Positions 1-14,000 of a stretch of 64,000 nucleotides of DNA are shown piece after piece. Both the position numbers and the translations under genes were made by a program. This stretch comes from the human T2T-CHM13v2.0 reference genome, Homo sapiens. The stretch's first letter is position 1. The number at the start of each line of letters is the position of its first letter. The notes under the pieces were generated by a model. It was not told where the DNA came from, did no database searches, and worked only from the letters and a program-made list of their open reading frames with translations. The stretch lies in assembly GCF_009914755.1 (NCBI RefSeq), contig NC_060937.1. One strand, 5' to 3'.

Positions 1-1099
1 TCTATTTGGTTCTCACACTCTCCTTTCTAAAGACTAAAATATATTCCTGAATATCAGCCCTGGGCCTGGAGACTCACTTCTGGCACATATCCTCAATGTT
101 ACTTGCTATTTGGAAACTAAATAGATTTGTCTCTTTGTATCCTGGGATTATTATGGCTACTCTTAGGACCATCCTATCACTGATGTTATATCCTGACGAA
201 TCTAAATACAAGCCTTCTTCTTTGAAAACATGCTGGTAGTAATGGAGACTCCTGTTATCTGGCTCTTTCCTCTACCTTTCTCCAACTGCACATGCTAGTT
301 GCCTTGTGCCCTGTGGGGGTCCATCTTTCTCCTATTTTACTCTCTATCCTCATAGCATGCTCATCTAGGTCCAAACATGTGAACTGTTTTTATTTTTTTT
401 TAATTTGTTTTATACAAGTCAGACAGGTTAAACAATTTGTTTTCTGTTTCACAGACTGTCTTAAATTAGACACTTGTTTTCATTTACCATAGTGCCTAGT
501 ATGTAAAATGCACTGCAGGGAATATAGGGTTGGATAACTGTCACAAAAAAGATGCCTGTACTAACTTTGAGAACAGAAAGGAGAGCGAGTTTCTTCCAAA
601 TGTGATTGAGAGTAAGAAAAGAACTAGACTATGCCTTTTATAAGAAGAGGGGACTGCTGTATTTTTATTTGAATTATCTTCCAAGCACCTTACAAAGGCT
701 TGGAAATATTTTAGCTGAATAGTGAAAGAACAAAATCTTTGTGGAAATGGTGGCTTTAGTCTAGTGCTGAAGGCCAGGTTAGATTTATTCACATGGGCTT
801 ATTCTACTAGGTGGAAAAAATACTGTAAACGAAAATAGAAAATTCAGCAAACATGTTCAGAACACTGAGAGGTCTCATGTGGTCCACCTAACTTTCAGTT
901 ACCTGAAGAGTTTCAGAGGCACAGCAGGTTGAAGGGTTTCAGTTAAGAAAGAATGTAGTTAAGCATTAAACCTAGAGATACCAATTTAGGAGATTCCATG
1001 GAGGTAAGTTTTAAAGCAGAAGTTGCCTATTTGCTCAGAGCAGAGGAGAGAAAATTCAGGAATAAACTTTGGGAAATAGATATGTTTAGAAAATGATAT

Positions 1100-1652
1100 T
1101 GCTACAGGAAAGTGGTCCTGATCCCGACCCCAAGAGAGAGTTCTAGGATGTCGTGCAAGAAAGAATTCAGGGTGAGTCCACAGAGTAAAGTGAACGTAAG
1201 TTTATTAAGAAAGTAGAGGAATAAAAGAATGGCTACTCCACAGACAGAGCAGCCCTAGGGCTGCCGGTTGCCTATTTTTATGATTATTTCTTGATTTTAT
1301 GCTAAACAAGGGGTGGATTATTTACATCTCCACTTTTTAGACCACATAAGGTAACTTCCTGACATTGCCATGGCATTTGTAAACTGCCAAGGCACTGGTG
1401 GGAGTGTAGCAGCGAGGACGACCAGAAGTCACTCTCAGAGTCATCTTGGTTTTGGTGGGTTTTAGCCGGCTTCTTTACTGCAACTTGTTTTATCAGCAAG
1501 GTCTTCATGACCTATATCTTGTGTTGACCTCTTATCTCATCCTGGGACTTAGAATACTTTAACCATCTGGGAATGCAGCCTAGTAGGTTTTAGCCTCATT
1601 TACCTCAGCTCCTGTTTAAGATGGAGTTGCTCTGGTTCACATGCCTCTGACA
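1100..1652 (-). mobile_element. MER41 (MER41A-like) ERV1 solo LTR
   Basis: The reverse complement begins TGTCAGAGGC..GAACCAGAGCAACTCCATCTT and ends ..CTTTCCTGTAGCA, matching recalled MER41. Length is 553 bp, with a 4-bp TSD ATAT at 1096-1099 and 1653-1656. Confidence 0.9.
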
Positions 1653-2449
1653 ATATAAGAAATATAATTCTTAAAAAATAGAATTATAGACTCTTGGATA
1701 GGGTAGGTTTCTCAAAGTATCCTTCCTACGTTAGGATATTAAGAAGAGACTAAGGGAGTGCCGACAGAATATGAACTCACAATGAAGAAGAAAAAGGAAG
1801 GAATTAGAAATTTAGGAGAGAGAATGAGATATTGTAATAACACAGGAGTGAATGCAAAAGGGGGTTTCAATGAGAGCTTTGAAACATCATTAAATAAAAT
1901 AGAAAAATGTGAAATCCTTTGGGCCCTGATACTCACATGGGCATTTGTTGTCTTTAAAAAACCACTTTCATCAGGGTGACACGCTGGAAGGTGTATTGGA
2001 AATTTTGTTATAAGTGAATGATGAGTAGAGAAATTGGGCAACATACTTCTTTCAAGAAGTTTGGTGATAAAGGAAAGCAGATAATTCCAACTTTGTTTCT
2101 TTTTTAAGTATTCTGTATGATAGTAAAATGTCAATAATCTATGTTTTGAACTTGAAATCTCCTTAAATAAAATTAAAACAATAAATATTTTAATTGTAAA
2201 GCAGTAGATTTTCAGTCAAATACTACCTATGCATAATACCTACAACCTTGATCTTCAATATTTCAAATAGTCAAACTGTTATAAATAAATCAATAAGTAG
2301 TTAGAAATTATTGATTATTGAAGAATGGAAATTTAGCAGAAAATTTAGTTACTAGAAAAAAAGAATCAGAAACCTGTCTTTGCTTAGAAATACTATGTTC
2401 CATTGTAAACTTATGTAATTAGAGAACTTTCCAAGGCAAATTTTAGGTT

Positions 2450-2862
2450 ATTTATTTTCTAATTTTAAATTTTGTTTTAGATTCATTTGGTGGGTACATG
2501 TGAATTTTTGTTACAAGAGTATATTGTGTAATGCTGAGGTTTGAGGTATGATTGAATCCATTGCCCAGGTAGTGAGCATAGTACCCAATAAGCAGTTATT
2601 TAACCCTTGCACTCTTCCTTTTTACTTCCTTTTATAGTCCCCAGTGTCAATTGTTATAATATTTATGTTCATGTCCGCCCAATGTTAAGCTCCCACTTAT
2701 GAGTGAAAACGTGGTATTTGGTTTTGTGTTTCTGCATTATCCCACGTAGGATAATGGTCTTTAGCTGCATCTATGTTGCTGTAAAGGACATAATTTTATT
2801 CTTTTTTCTGGCTGCGTAGTATTCTATGGTATATATATATATATACCACATTTTCTTTATAG
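2450..2862 (-). mobile_element. L1 (old L1PA/L1PB-type) 3' end fragment
   Basis: T-rich tail followed by GGGTACATGTG..GCCCAGGTAGTGAGCATAGTACCCAATA..AGCTCCCACTTATGAGTGA, typical of an antisense L1P 3' UTR. Confidence 0.8.
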
Positions 2863-2952
2863 TATGGCAAATTTTTAAAAAAACTTATAAGATAAAAATG
2901 ACCCTGTAAGATGCAGCTTACAGCATTTTCTAAACATATTAATAAAAATAAT

Positions 2953-3070
2953 AGCTGGGCACAGTGGCATGTGCCTGTAATCCTAGCTTCTTGGGAAGCT
3001 GAGGCAGGAAGATTGCTTGAGTCCAAGAGTTCAGGACCAGCCTGGGCAACAGAGCAAGACACTGTCTCAA
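2953..3070 (+). mobile_element. FLAM / free Alu monomer
   Basis: GCTGGGCACAGTGGC..CCTGTAATCCTAGC..GAGTTCAGGACCAGCCTGGGCAAC..TGTCTC; a single monomer of about 120 bp. Confidence 0.8.
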
Positions 3071-3495
3071 TTGTTATAACAATAATATTATTTTTTCAAA
3101 TTTGTGAGTATTAGTCACATTAGGTATTGCATACACATAAAAAATGCCAACTTGCTCCTTTTAAAGGCAAATGAACCCACAAACAAATTTTGAATTTTTA
3201 AACCCATGCCAGGAAAGGAATGGATTTCTTATGGTTATGAATGACAGAGTCATCATTCATCAGAATGTGTGTCTAGTACTTATTATGTACCAGACATACC
3301 ACTAGGGACTTTCACAGGCATAATCTTATTAAAAATTCATAACCACTTAGTAATACAAGTATTGTTTTAATATTCCACATGAGGGAACCTTTGTAAGTAA
3401 TTTAAGCTAGGTCATAACCAACAAAGTAACAGGAAAGACTCAATACAGAGATAATGTCTCCTGATTGGTTTCTTCTCTGACTAACATGTGCATTT

Positions 3496-3506
3496 ATCTA
3501 TCTATC

Positions 3507-3547
<41 letters not shown>

Positions 3548-3565
3548 CCTACCTATCTACCTATT
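3496..3565. repeat. (TCTA)n/(CCTA)n tetranucleotide microsatellite
   Basis: Direct reading: tctatctatcatctatctatctatct...acctacctatctaccta. Confidence 0.95.
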
Positions 3566-4510
3566 TACTCATTCAATAATTTATACATCATATAATAAAT
3601 TCTTATTAAGCATCCAATTATGTGTCAGTTGGCATATCACGGCAGATTCACATGAAGTTTAAAAGATATACAGGCATACTTTGCATATACTTTGAGTTTG
3701 ATTTCTGACCATGTCAATAAAGTTAATATCATAATAAAGTGAGCCAAACACATTTTTTCGTGTCCCAGTGGATATAAAAGTTATGTTTACACTATACTGT
3801 AGTCTATTAAGTATGCAACATCAATATGTCTTTAAAAAGTACACACTTTAATTTAAAAATACTTTATTGTTTAAAACTACCAAGTATCATGTGAACCTTC
3901 AGCAAGTAATAATTTTTTGCTAGTGAAAGGTCTTGCCTCAATGTTGATGGCTGCTGACTGATCAGGATGGTGATTGCTGAAGGTTGGGCTGGATGTGGCA
4001 ATTTCTTAAAATAAGACAACAATGATGTTTGCTGCACAGGTTGGTGCTTTTGTGAATGATTTCTTTGTAGAATGTGATACTATCTAATAGCATTTAATCC
4101 ACAGTAGAGCTTCTTTCAAAAGTGGACTCAACCCTCTCAAACCCTACTGCAGTTTTAGCAACTAAGTTTATGTAATATTCTAAATCCTTTGTCATTTCAA
4201 CAATATTCATAGAATCCTCACCAGGTGTAGATTCCATCTCAAGATACCACTCTCTTTGCTCATCCATAAGAAGCAACTCCTTATCTGCTCAAATTTTATC
4301 ATGTGATTACAACGATTCAGTCACATTTTCAGGTTCTACTTTTCATTCTAGTTCTCTTACTATTTCCACCACATCTGTAGCTACTTCCTCCACCAAAGTC
4401 TTAAATCCCTCAAAGTCATCCATGAGGGATATAATCAACTTCTTCAAAGCTCCTATAAATACTGACATTTTAACATCATTCCATGAATCATAAATGTTCT
4501 TAATGACATC

Positions 4511-4922
4511 TGTATTAGTCTGTTTTTGCATTGCTCTAAAGAAATACCTGAGACCGGGTAATTTATAAGGAAAAGAGAATTAATTGGTTCATGGTTCTGC
4601 AGACTGTACAGGAAGCAGAATGACATCTGCTCCTGGGGAGACTTCAGGGAGCTTTAACTCATAGCGGAAGACAAAGCAGGAACAGACATCTAACATGGCA
4701 GGAGCAGGAAAAACAGAAAGCTGGAAGAGGTGCTATACACTTTTAAATAACCAGAACTCATGAGCGCTCACTATCATGAGAGCAGCACAGGGAGATGGTG
4801 CTAACTCATTCATGGGAAATTGCCCCCATGATCCAATCACCTCCCACCAGGCCCCACATCCAGCGTTGACGATTACATTTCAATGTGAGATTTAGATGGA
4901 GACACAGATGTAAACCATATCA
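4511..4922 (-). mobile_element. MST (MSTA/B-like) ERVL-MaLR solo LTR inside Tigger1
   Basis: Termini TGTATTAGT...AACCATATCA; internal motif CCCCATGATCCAATCACCTCCCACCAGG; 5-bp TSD ACATC/GCATC. Confidence 0.88.
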
Positions 4923-5019
4923 GCATCTATAATGGTAAATTGCTTCTAGAAGGCTTTCAATTTACTTTGTCCATATCCATCAGAGGAATTACTATGTTAG
5001 CTATAGGTTTATGAAATGT

Positions 5020-5335
5020 TTTTGTTGTTGTTGTTGTTGTTTGTTTTGTTTTGAGATGGAGTCTCGCTCGGTCACCCAGGCTGAGATGCAGTGGCACAAT
5101 CTTGGTCACTGCAACCTCTGCCTCCTGGGTTTAAGCAATTCTCCTGTCTCAGTCTCCTGAGTAGCTGGGACTACAGGCATGTGCAACCACACCCAGCTCA
5201 ATTTTATATTTTTAGTAGAGACGGGGTTTCACCATGTTGCCCAGGCTGGTCTCAAACTCCTGACCTCAGGCAATCCACCTGCCTTGGCCTCCCAAAAAGT
5301 GCTGGGATTACAGGCATGAGCCACCGTGCCCAGCT
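5020..5335 (-). mobile_element. AluS-type element inside Tigger1
   Basis: Full antisense Alu dimer with a (TTG)n-degenerated tail. Confidence 0.92.
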
Positions 5336-6278
5336 ATAAAATGAATTTCTTAAATATTAAGACTTGAAAGTTGAAAATACTCCTTAATCCTCAGGCACAA
5401 TGAGCAGTAATATTTTGAAAGGAAATGTTATTCCTGAGGAGTAGGTCTCAACAGTAGGATTAAAAGATTCAGTAAACCATTCTGTAAAAAGATGTGCTGC
5501 CATACAACATTTGTTCCATTTACAGAGCATAGGCAGAGTGAATTTAGCATAATTTGTTAGGGCTCTAGGATTTTTGGAATGGTAAGTGAGCATGGGCTTC
5601 AATTTAAAGTCACCAGCTGCATTAGCAGCTGCATTATAGTCAGACTCCAGCAATGCAATCAACCTGTCTTTTGAAGTCAGTCAATGCTTTAAATCCAGGC
5701 ATTGACTTCTCCTCTCAAGTTTTCAAAGACCAAAATAACACCTTCTTCCAATATAAAGCTATTTAGACTACAATGAAAATCTGTTGTTTAGTGTAGCCAT
5801 CTTCATCAGTTATCTAGATCTTCTGGATAAATTTCTGCAGCTACTACATTGGCACTTTCTGCTTCACCTTGCACTTTTATGTTATATAGATGTCTATTTT
5901 TCTTAAAGCTTACGAGTCAGCCTCTGCCAGCTTCAGATTTTACTTCTGCATCTTCCTCACCGGTCTTAGCCTTCATAGAATTGAAGTGAGTTAAGGCCTT
6001 GCTCCAGATTAGGTTTTGGCTCAAGGAAATATGGTGGCTGGTTTGATCTTTTATCCAGACCACTAGAAAACTTTCTCCATGTCAAAAATACAGCTGTTTT
6101 GTTTTCTTATTATTCATATATTTGCTAGAGTCACATTCTTATTTTTATTTTTTTCAAGATCATTTCCTTTGCATTCAAAACTTAGCTGTTTGGTGCAGGA
6201 AGCCTAGATTTTGGCCTGTCTGAGCATTCAATATGCCTTCCTCACTATTCTTATTTATTTCCAGCTTTTGATTTAAAG

Positions 6279-6471
6279 CACAAGTGTCCAAACTTTTGGC
6301 TTCCCTGGGCCACATTGGAAACAGAATTATCTTGCACCACACATAAAATACACTAACACTAACGATAGCTAATGAGCGTAACTTTTATGATATCTCTTTA
6401 GCTATGTGTGGCTAATAGCCAGATATAGGTAGGCAAAAGCATCCTCACATTCAAAGGGCTGGACACCTGTG
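6279..6471 (+). mobile_element. MER30 (MER30B-like) hAT MITE inside Tigger1
   Basis: TIRs CACAAGTGTCCA / TGGACACCTGTG; body CTTTTGGCTTCCCTGGGCCACATTGGAA..ACACTAACACTAACGATAGCT; degraded TSD ATTTAAAG/ATAAAG. Confidence 0.8.
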
Positions 6472-7361
6472 ATAAAGTGAGAGATGCAACTCTTTCTTTC
6501 CCTTGAATGCTTAGAGGCCATTGTAGGGTTAGCAATTGGCTGAATTTCACTACTATGGTGTCTCAGAGAAAAGAGAGGGCAGAAAGGAAATTCAGTCAGT
6601 GGAGCAGTCAGAACACACACAACATTTATAGTTAGGTTTGCAGGGTTATATGGGCATACTTTGTGGTACCCCAAAACAATTACAATAGTAATATCAAAGA
6701 TCACTGATCACAGATCATCATTACAGATATAAGAATAATAAAGAAGTTTGGAATATTGAAATTACCAAAATGAGACAAAGAGACATGAAGTGAGCACATG
6801 CATTAAAAAAAAAAATCAAAATGGTGCCAATAGACTCACTCAACAAAGGGTTGACACAAACCTGCAATTTGTAAAAAGGACAATATCTGCAAAGCACAAT
6901 AAGGCAAACCACAGTAAAAAGGTGTATGCTTGTATACTGGTAAATATGTAAAGTGTACTATCTATACCTCCTGATTTTCCAGTTTTACATGATTACTTTT
7001 TCTTGGCTAGGAAGTACAGATCAAGAAGATTAAGCGCAGTACCCAAGGGTGGCAGTGTTATGGTCAAACATTTATGTGTCAAGCAGATTTTTAGGTGCAA
7101 TGCATACAAAGGTGAGAAAACTCAATATTGTCTCTGATTTCTTGTAATTACTGTCTAGTGGGGACACAGGTAATCAATGAATAATTAGAAATGTGTTGAG
7201 CATTATGAAGGAAGAATTACAGCATGCAATGGAAGTATCTGATCAGTTTCAAAGACATACATCTAGGAAACTAGATAAAAGGAGGACAGTAAAAAGAATA
7301 AAAAAATAGAAATAACTGGTTTAATTTTCAGAAGCGATATCTCTTGACTACTCTTCTAAGA

Positions 7362-7743
7362 CAGGAGTCCCCAGCCCTGGTCTGTGGACCACTACCAGTC
7401 TGTGGACTCTTAGAAACTGGGCTGCAACACACAGGAAGTGAGCAGCAGGCAAGTGAGCATTACAGCCTGAGCTCTATCTCCTGTCAGGTTAGTTACTGCC
7501 TGAGTTCTATCTCCTGTCAGATCAGTGGCAGTATTGGATTGCCATAGGAGCGCAAACCCTATTGTGGACTGAGCATGTGAGGGATCTAGTTTGTGTACTC
7601 CTTATGAGAATCTAAAGCCTGATGATCTGAGGTGGAACAGTTTCATTCCAAAACCATTCCCTCCCCACACCCCACCATCCATCCATGGAAAAATTGTCTT
7701 CCACAAAAGTGGTCCTTGGTGCCAAAAAGGTTGGGGATTGCTG
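7362..7743 (+). mobile_element. MER1B hAT-Charlie MITE
   Basis: CAGGAGTCCCCA...AAGGTTGGGGATTGCTG with a perfect 8-bp TSD TTCTAAGA at 7354-7361 and 7744-7751. Confidence 0.92.
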
Positions 7744-8879
7744 TTCTAAGACCTTAAATTAAAAAGCAATAATTTGCTTTAGCCCTTGCAACTACTAACA
7801 TTTATTTTCTTGGTAATTTTTGTAACCGAATAAAGAAATACAGGGCAAATTATGTATATGAGCTAGCAGGGCATTTAGCAACTCAGAGTGCATCCTTTTC
7901 TAAATTATACACTAACATATATACTTTTTAGTTAATATTTAAGGCTTAGAAAAGTTGAAATGTGTTCAGTACAAAGTAAACACACAAAAAATAAGCAATT
8001 TAAAAACACAATGAGAGTAAATTCAGTGACATATATAGGAAGAATTGAAATTAACTTCTAGGCCTGTGGAGAAATATTGATGCAACAGTCAGGCTGAGAT
8101 TGATAGAACAGGTCTGTACTCTGAAAATAATTTTTAAAAGTTCATCTCTCGACCATACAATCTGCTTTTCAAAAGCTATTAGCCTTCCACTGAAACATTC
8201 ATAAAGAAGGTTTTTAGTAGCTAGAATAAGTACTGAAAGTTTAGTTAATGTGGCACCATTTAATAAGGGAAAAAACAAGGCAGGACTCATGATCAGCTGG
8301 TTAAACAGAAAGAGAGGCATGTATTAGATAGATACCTAGTCCTCAAAGAAGCCACAGAAAAGTTTAAGAACTCAGTTTTAGACATGCGCAAGAGCCAGGG
8401 AAGGGCAGGAGCAGGGATGTCTCCTAGGGAACAGCAGAGTGACACATGCCTCTTCCTGAAGCCTTATTCCTATCCCTTCATGGCTCAATCTGGCATTTAA
8501 TTAAACTGATCATGGAGGTCTTTCTTGACCTCCCTACTGAGAATGCCACCCCTCCTGCCTCCTAGGATGTTTCTCCAGCATTATGTTTGAGCTGTGATTT
8601 CCTCTTGTTTTGTTTTCTATATATATAATCCTATTTTCTTTGAGAAATTATCCAACATTTTCTAACCTGTATAAAGTAATTTTATTTGTTTTCCACACCA
8701 AGTTGAATATATCCATTTTCAAAGTCCTTCAAACTTTTTTTAAAGAGTCCAACATTTAATGACCAATAAAATAAGTTTTAGAATATTTTGAAATGATTAG
8801 GAGCTACGTTATGTATAATTTCCACAATCTCATTAAAAAATATTTTTTTCCATTAAGGGGGTATATAAAAATAAGGACA

Positions 8880-9330
8880 GATGATTTAAAACAAGACAAT
8901 TCAAATGACCAGTGAATAATGAAAAGGTTCTCTAAGTAAAAATCAGTAGATTGTAAATTAAACAAACAATAAGATATCCTTTTTCACCCAATATTTTAAT
9001 AAAATTAAACAGATGATACATCAAGTGTTTTAGAGAATGAAAAGTAAAAGAAATTTTTTATACCATATTGATGAAATTAAAGTGAATATTGATTGGTAAA
9101 ACCATTTTAAAAGGACATTTGTCAGTATCTATCTAAAATTAAATGTATAACTTTGACCAAGTAATAGTATCTTATCCATATGTTTGCATAAATACATACG
9201 CATGGACATAAAGATGAGGTATTTAATGTATTATGTTTGTAAAAATTTAAAACAAAATGTCCACCAGCAGGTAAAAGTTAAATAACTTATGTTGTCTCAG
9301 TTTTATGTAAAATTCTGTAGCTGCTACAAA
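8880..9330 (+). mobile_element. Ancient L1M (L1ME-like) 3' fragment
   Basis: Degenerate A-rich sequence resembling the L1 ORF2 end and 3' UTR (TGTAAATTAAAC..AAGATATCCTTTTTCACCCA; AAAATGTCCACCAGCAGG). Confidence 0.5.
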
Positions 9331-9346
9331 CATGCTGTGGACATTT

Positions 9347-9660
<314 letters not shown>

Positions 9661-9710
9661 TGCTGTGGACGTTTATAGAGTGTCTTCAAATAACTTTAAG
9701 ACACATTGAC

Positions 9711-9797
9711 ATATATATATGTGTGTATATATATATGTCATATATAGGAGTGGATATGACTTTATATATATATATATATATATAAAATACATATATG
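9711..9797. repeat. (TA)n-rich simple repeat
   Basis: Several TATATA runs, the longest at about 9763-9784. Confidence 0.85.
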
Positions 9798-9834
9798 TGT
9801 TCACTCAATGATTCACTTGCTTACCTGAATTCAC

Positions 9835-9896
9835 AAATGATAACTGATTACCCACTACATGCCAGAAATGATAACTGATTACCCACTACATGCCAG
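9835..9896. repeat. Perfect 31-bp tandem duplication
   Basis: AAATGATAACTGATTACCCACTACATGCCAG occurs twice, at 9835-9865 and 9866-9896. Confidence 0.95.
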
Positions 9897-10667
9897 GTGG
9901 TGCTCAGACATGTGCTACAAATATAACAAAAGGGATTTGGGTTATGCCTTTACAAAATTTGGAGTTTGTGGGTGAGACAGACATTTATATAAACCACTAT
10001 AGTAGTGAATAAAAATTATAACCATGAAAAACACAATTATGAGATCAAATGTATGTTAAAATATGCTGTGTGTTTATATCATGTACATCTACATAAAATG
10101 AAATGAAAAAAGGCACAAAACTATTAACTATCTTTACCTCTGGAGGGAGAAAAAGTGGATAAATCGATCGATCATATATGCCTTACAGTGTTTTGAATTG
10201 TCTAAATTAACAACAATGAAAGTTCATATGTATATAATTTCTATAATTAGAAGCTACTTACATGCACAAGATTAGAAGCAAAACATTTTCTTTCTGTGTA
10301 CATACATGTATGTTAAAAAGACAAAAATAAAGAACAAAACATATATTATCTCTGAAAGGATCATCGTGACATGTAGTTTTCCTTTATTTTCTACATGTTT
10401 CCAAACCATAGCGATAAATACACAGTATATTTGTAATAAATTTTATCAAGAAAACATTAAAGTAATAGTTACATTAGGGAATTTAGTGAAAGATGTTTTG
10501 CATCTGTTAAGCCATAATAGCATAATTTGTTAAAAGAAAAGACTTCTTTTTGTTGACTACTGTCATAAAAAGCAAGAGCAGCACTGTTAATTTTTTTTAA
10601 TCTGGAGTCTTGGTATGTCTTTTTTAAAAAACTCTCAATAAAGATATAGTTACTACATTATAAATAA

Positions 10668-11022
<355 letters not shown>

Positions 11023-14000
11023 GGCTAATGCAATTCTTAATGTACTATAGTTGTGGTAAATTTTCCTTTTATCTATGTTCATTTTACCATTTTACTTACT
11101 TAATCCCTAAAACCTTTTGTTCTCAAGGAAGTACTGTCAGATACACAAAATTCTGACATACCTTTTTTCAATATGAAAAATAATTCTATTAACATATTTC
11201 AAAATCTAAAATAAACTTTTAAAATGGAATAGTAAACTATAAATTAGACAATGAATATATAAAAAGAAATAATTTTTATTGTAAAATATTATATATATTT
11301 AAAGCAAGGACAAAAACTTTATTACTCATTTTCATTTCCTGACAATGAGGTTCCTATCCTCTTTGCCAAATCCCACATACTTACATATTTGTCACTGTCT
11401 ACATAATACTTATAAATAACATTGACCAACACATACTGTATGAGAGGCTCTAATAATTCTAGTTTTACCTTTCTGTAATTAAAAATGTAAGAATATTTGT
11501 TACATGTCTAGAGGACAGATATTATACATGTAACATTGCTGACACTTATTTTTTTTCTTTGACAGAAAGATGCTACATGTAGCTAACAGGAAGTTCTGCT
11601 TAGCATGTATAAAGACATCCTAAATTTTATATTGACTCATATGATAGCAACAACATTAAAATATGTAGGATTAAAGTCAGTTAACCAATTACAACTATTT
11701 TTAATTTAGAAAAGTCTAGGAGGAAAAGTTATAAAAGATGCAAATGTTGCATATGCTTGTTTTGCTTGTTGAACTAAATTAAATAAAGTTGTATTCATTT
11801 TCAAGTGTTTCATTGGGATTTTTAAACAATGTGATCACTCTACTATGCAGAAAGCAGCTCTCAAAGCATCAAATTGAGAATCCAACTTGATTTTTGTGTT
11901 TGAATATATATTTACAGATAACAATAGCACTATGCTTGCAGAATTTTATATCTATAGTGGATCTTAGAAACTATTACAAGTCTTCAGTTGAGAGAGACAT
12001 AGAATTGGAAATGCTAAGTATTACTTAAGATCCATGCTGAATACCCATATGTGATGCTTCCTAATTGAATAACAATAGAATATGTTTTTGCTAAATTGTA
12101 CGTATATTTAAAGGCACTGAGAGTACATGATATCAAATTTATTTGAGCAAAGAAATAAATTTCCCACCTTGTTTCTATTTTTTCCCTGGCCAAAAACAAT
12201 AGTAATCAGATTTTTTAAACCATTTTGTCAAATCTTCAAAATACAAAATAGCATTTTATAAAATTTTAGATACCATAAATAGCTGTTTTTCTATGAATTA
12301 TATTCTTTTCAAATCATATGATTTCTATTTTGCATATGCAAATTTATTTTCTGTTTAAATTTATTTTGAGTAGTGTCTTCATAGTTCCTTTTACCCACTC
12401 TGCCGCATTCATTTTAATTTACCAAAAATTGATCCTCATTTAGCTTAGGCAATTGGTGGATGGTCAATTGCTAATGGATAACTTAAATAATTTGAATATT
12501 TTGAATACTTTTGAGGTCTAATTAACATTGTGTTTAATAATTTTTTTAAAAAAAATTCATATTTCACATAACCAAAATTAAGGACAAGCTATAATGCTTA
12601 GAAAAAGTGATTGAAGTGAAATTTAAGAATCAGTTTGACTAAGCATAAGCTGTTTAGCTAAAATTCCTGTACTGCTTTATTATGGTATAAGTTAATTTCA
12701 TGGTTAAGCTGACTTAAGTCTGGTTCTACCTTTTCTATTTGACTTAACATAATAAGAAATAATGTTTTTTGCCTGGTATTTTTAAGTTGTGAGGATTGGA
12801 AAATATCAGTGAACTTTCATGGGAAAGAATCAATGGGCAAAGCAGATCAGGACTCTCGAGAGAAAGACTGGAGCCACTATCATTTGCCTGGAGACTAAAC
12901 AGAAAGTAAAATATTGTCTTTCTTCTGTTCAAATGGGCCTCACTATAGGTTGAAGGAGCATCTCATAGATGTACTTGTATTTAGCAAGTCTTGCACCTGT
13001 GTGGTCTATTGCCAGGCATAACAATAAACGGTAGCTCATTAAACACAGTGCCATCTCATTATACAAGGAGCTACTCTAGCATATTACAAACAAAATACTG
13101 AAAGCCTAAAAGACAGCATGACTGAAATTAAATGCAAACAACGGTGCCTTTTATTTTAGAAATATTGATCCCCTACAAAAGAGTGGCATGTTTAATGAAT
13201 ATCCTTAATGATTTTACAGTAGGGCAAATCATCTATGAAAGCAACATGGTTAAAAAAGAATGGTATGATCTGCCACTCAATGAAAGCCAATATCTCTGTA
13301 AGCAACAATACTCACTATGTCAAAATTCTCTAGGAGCAACAACAGTACAAAATCAGGAAGAGAAATAAAGGTAATTTATTTTTGCTTTAGTTTCAAAGTC
13401 AACTAAAATGCTTACAAGGGTGCCATGAAAATATTTCCCAAACTAATCTAATCCTGTTTATAGTAATTGCTTTCTTCCTTTCAGGCAAAACACAGTTGAC
13501 AGAAAACAGCAAATGGGTTTTAGGGGATTTAATAGGAATGAGGTATCATATTTAAAGAAAATTTTTATTACTTTAAGCTTCAAAAACCTTCCAAATACTA
13601 TAGACAAAATCTTAAAAAATAGGATATGAGTGGGCTATAAAAGATTAAGTTAGAAAAAATTAAACTGGTTAAAGGTTTTTAAGATTGGGGCTAATGTGAT
13701 GATATACAGAGGTTCAAATAATTTAAAAGTGGGCAGAAAAAAGTCATATATAAAGAAATATATGATGCGTTCTTAAAGAAAAAGATATTAACTTTGACTA
13801 AAACAATCTAAGCAAGGTTTTGAGCATTATAGATAAAAATTAAATAATTTATCTTATATAACACAAGAATTTAGTGTATTCTTGTATACAACAGACTATA
13901 AGCTAGAAGTGATATGTATCCTTCCAAAGATAAAGCTAATCAAATATTTTTCCACACAGACAAAAAAATCTGAAAACGCAAAAATAGATTAATGAATGGT

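Larger units (their letters stand above)
3671..6932 (-). mobile_element. Tigger1 (pogo-like DNA transposon), full length, with nested insertions
   Basis: TIRs CAGGCATAC (3671) and GTATGCTTG (to 6932), each flanked by a TA TSD. Minus-strand transposase remnants: MASKHSRERKS (N-terminus), [23 protein letters not shown] (DDE domain), DFEGFKTLVEEV and [12 protein letters not shown] (C-terminus). Confidence 0.92.

Noticed and set aside
200-2100. Probable L2 fragments around MER41, also MIR-like (~3280-3450) and LTR33-like (~59570-59990) traces
   Set aside because: Too degenerate to assign boundaries or family reliably by eye.
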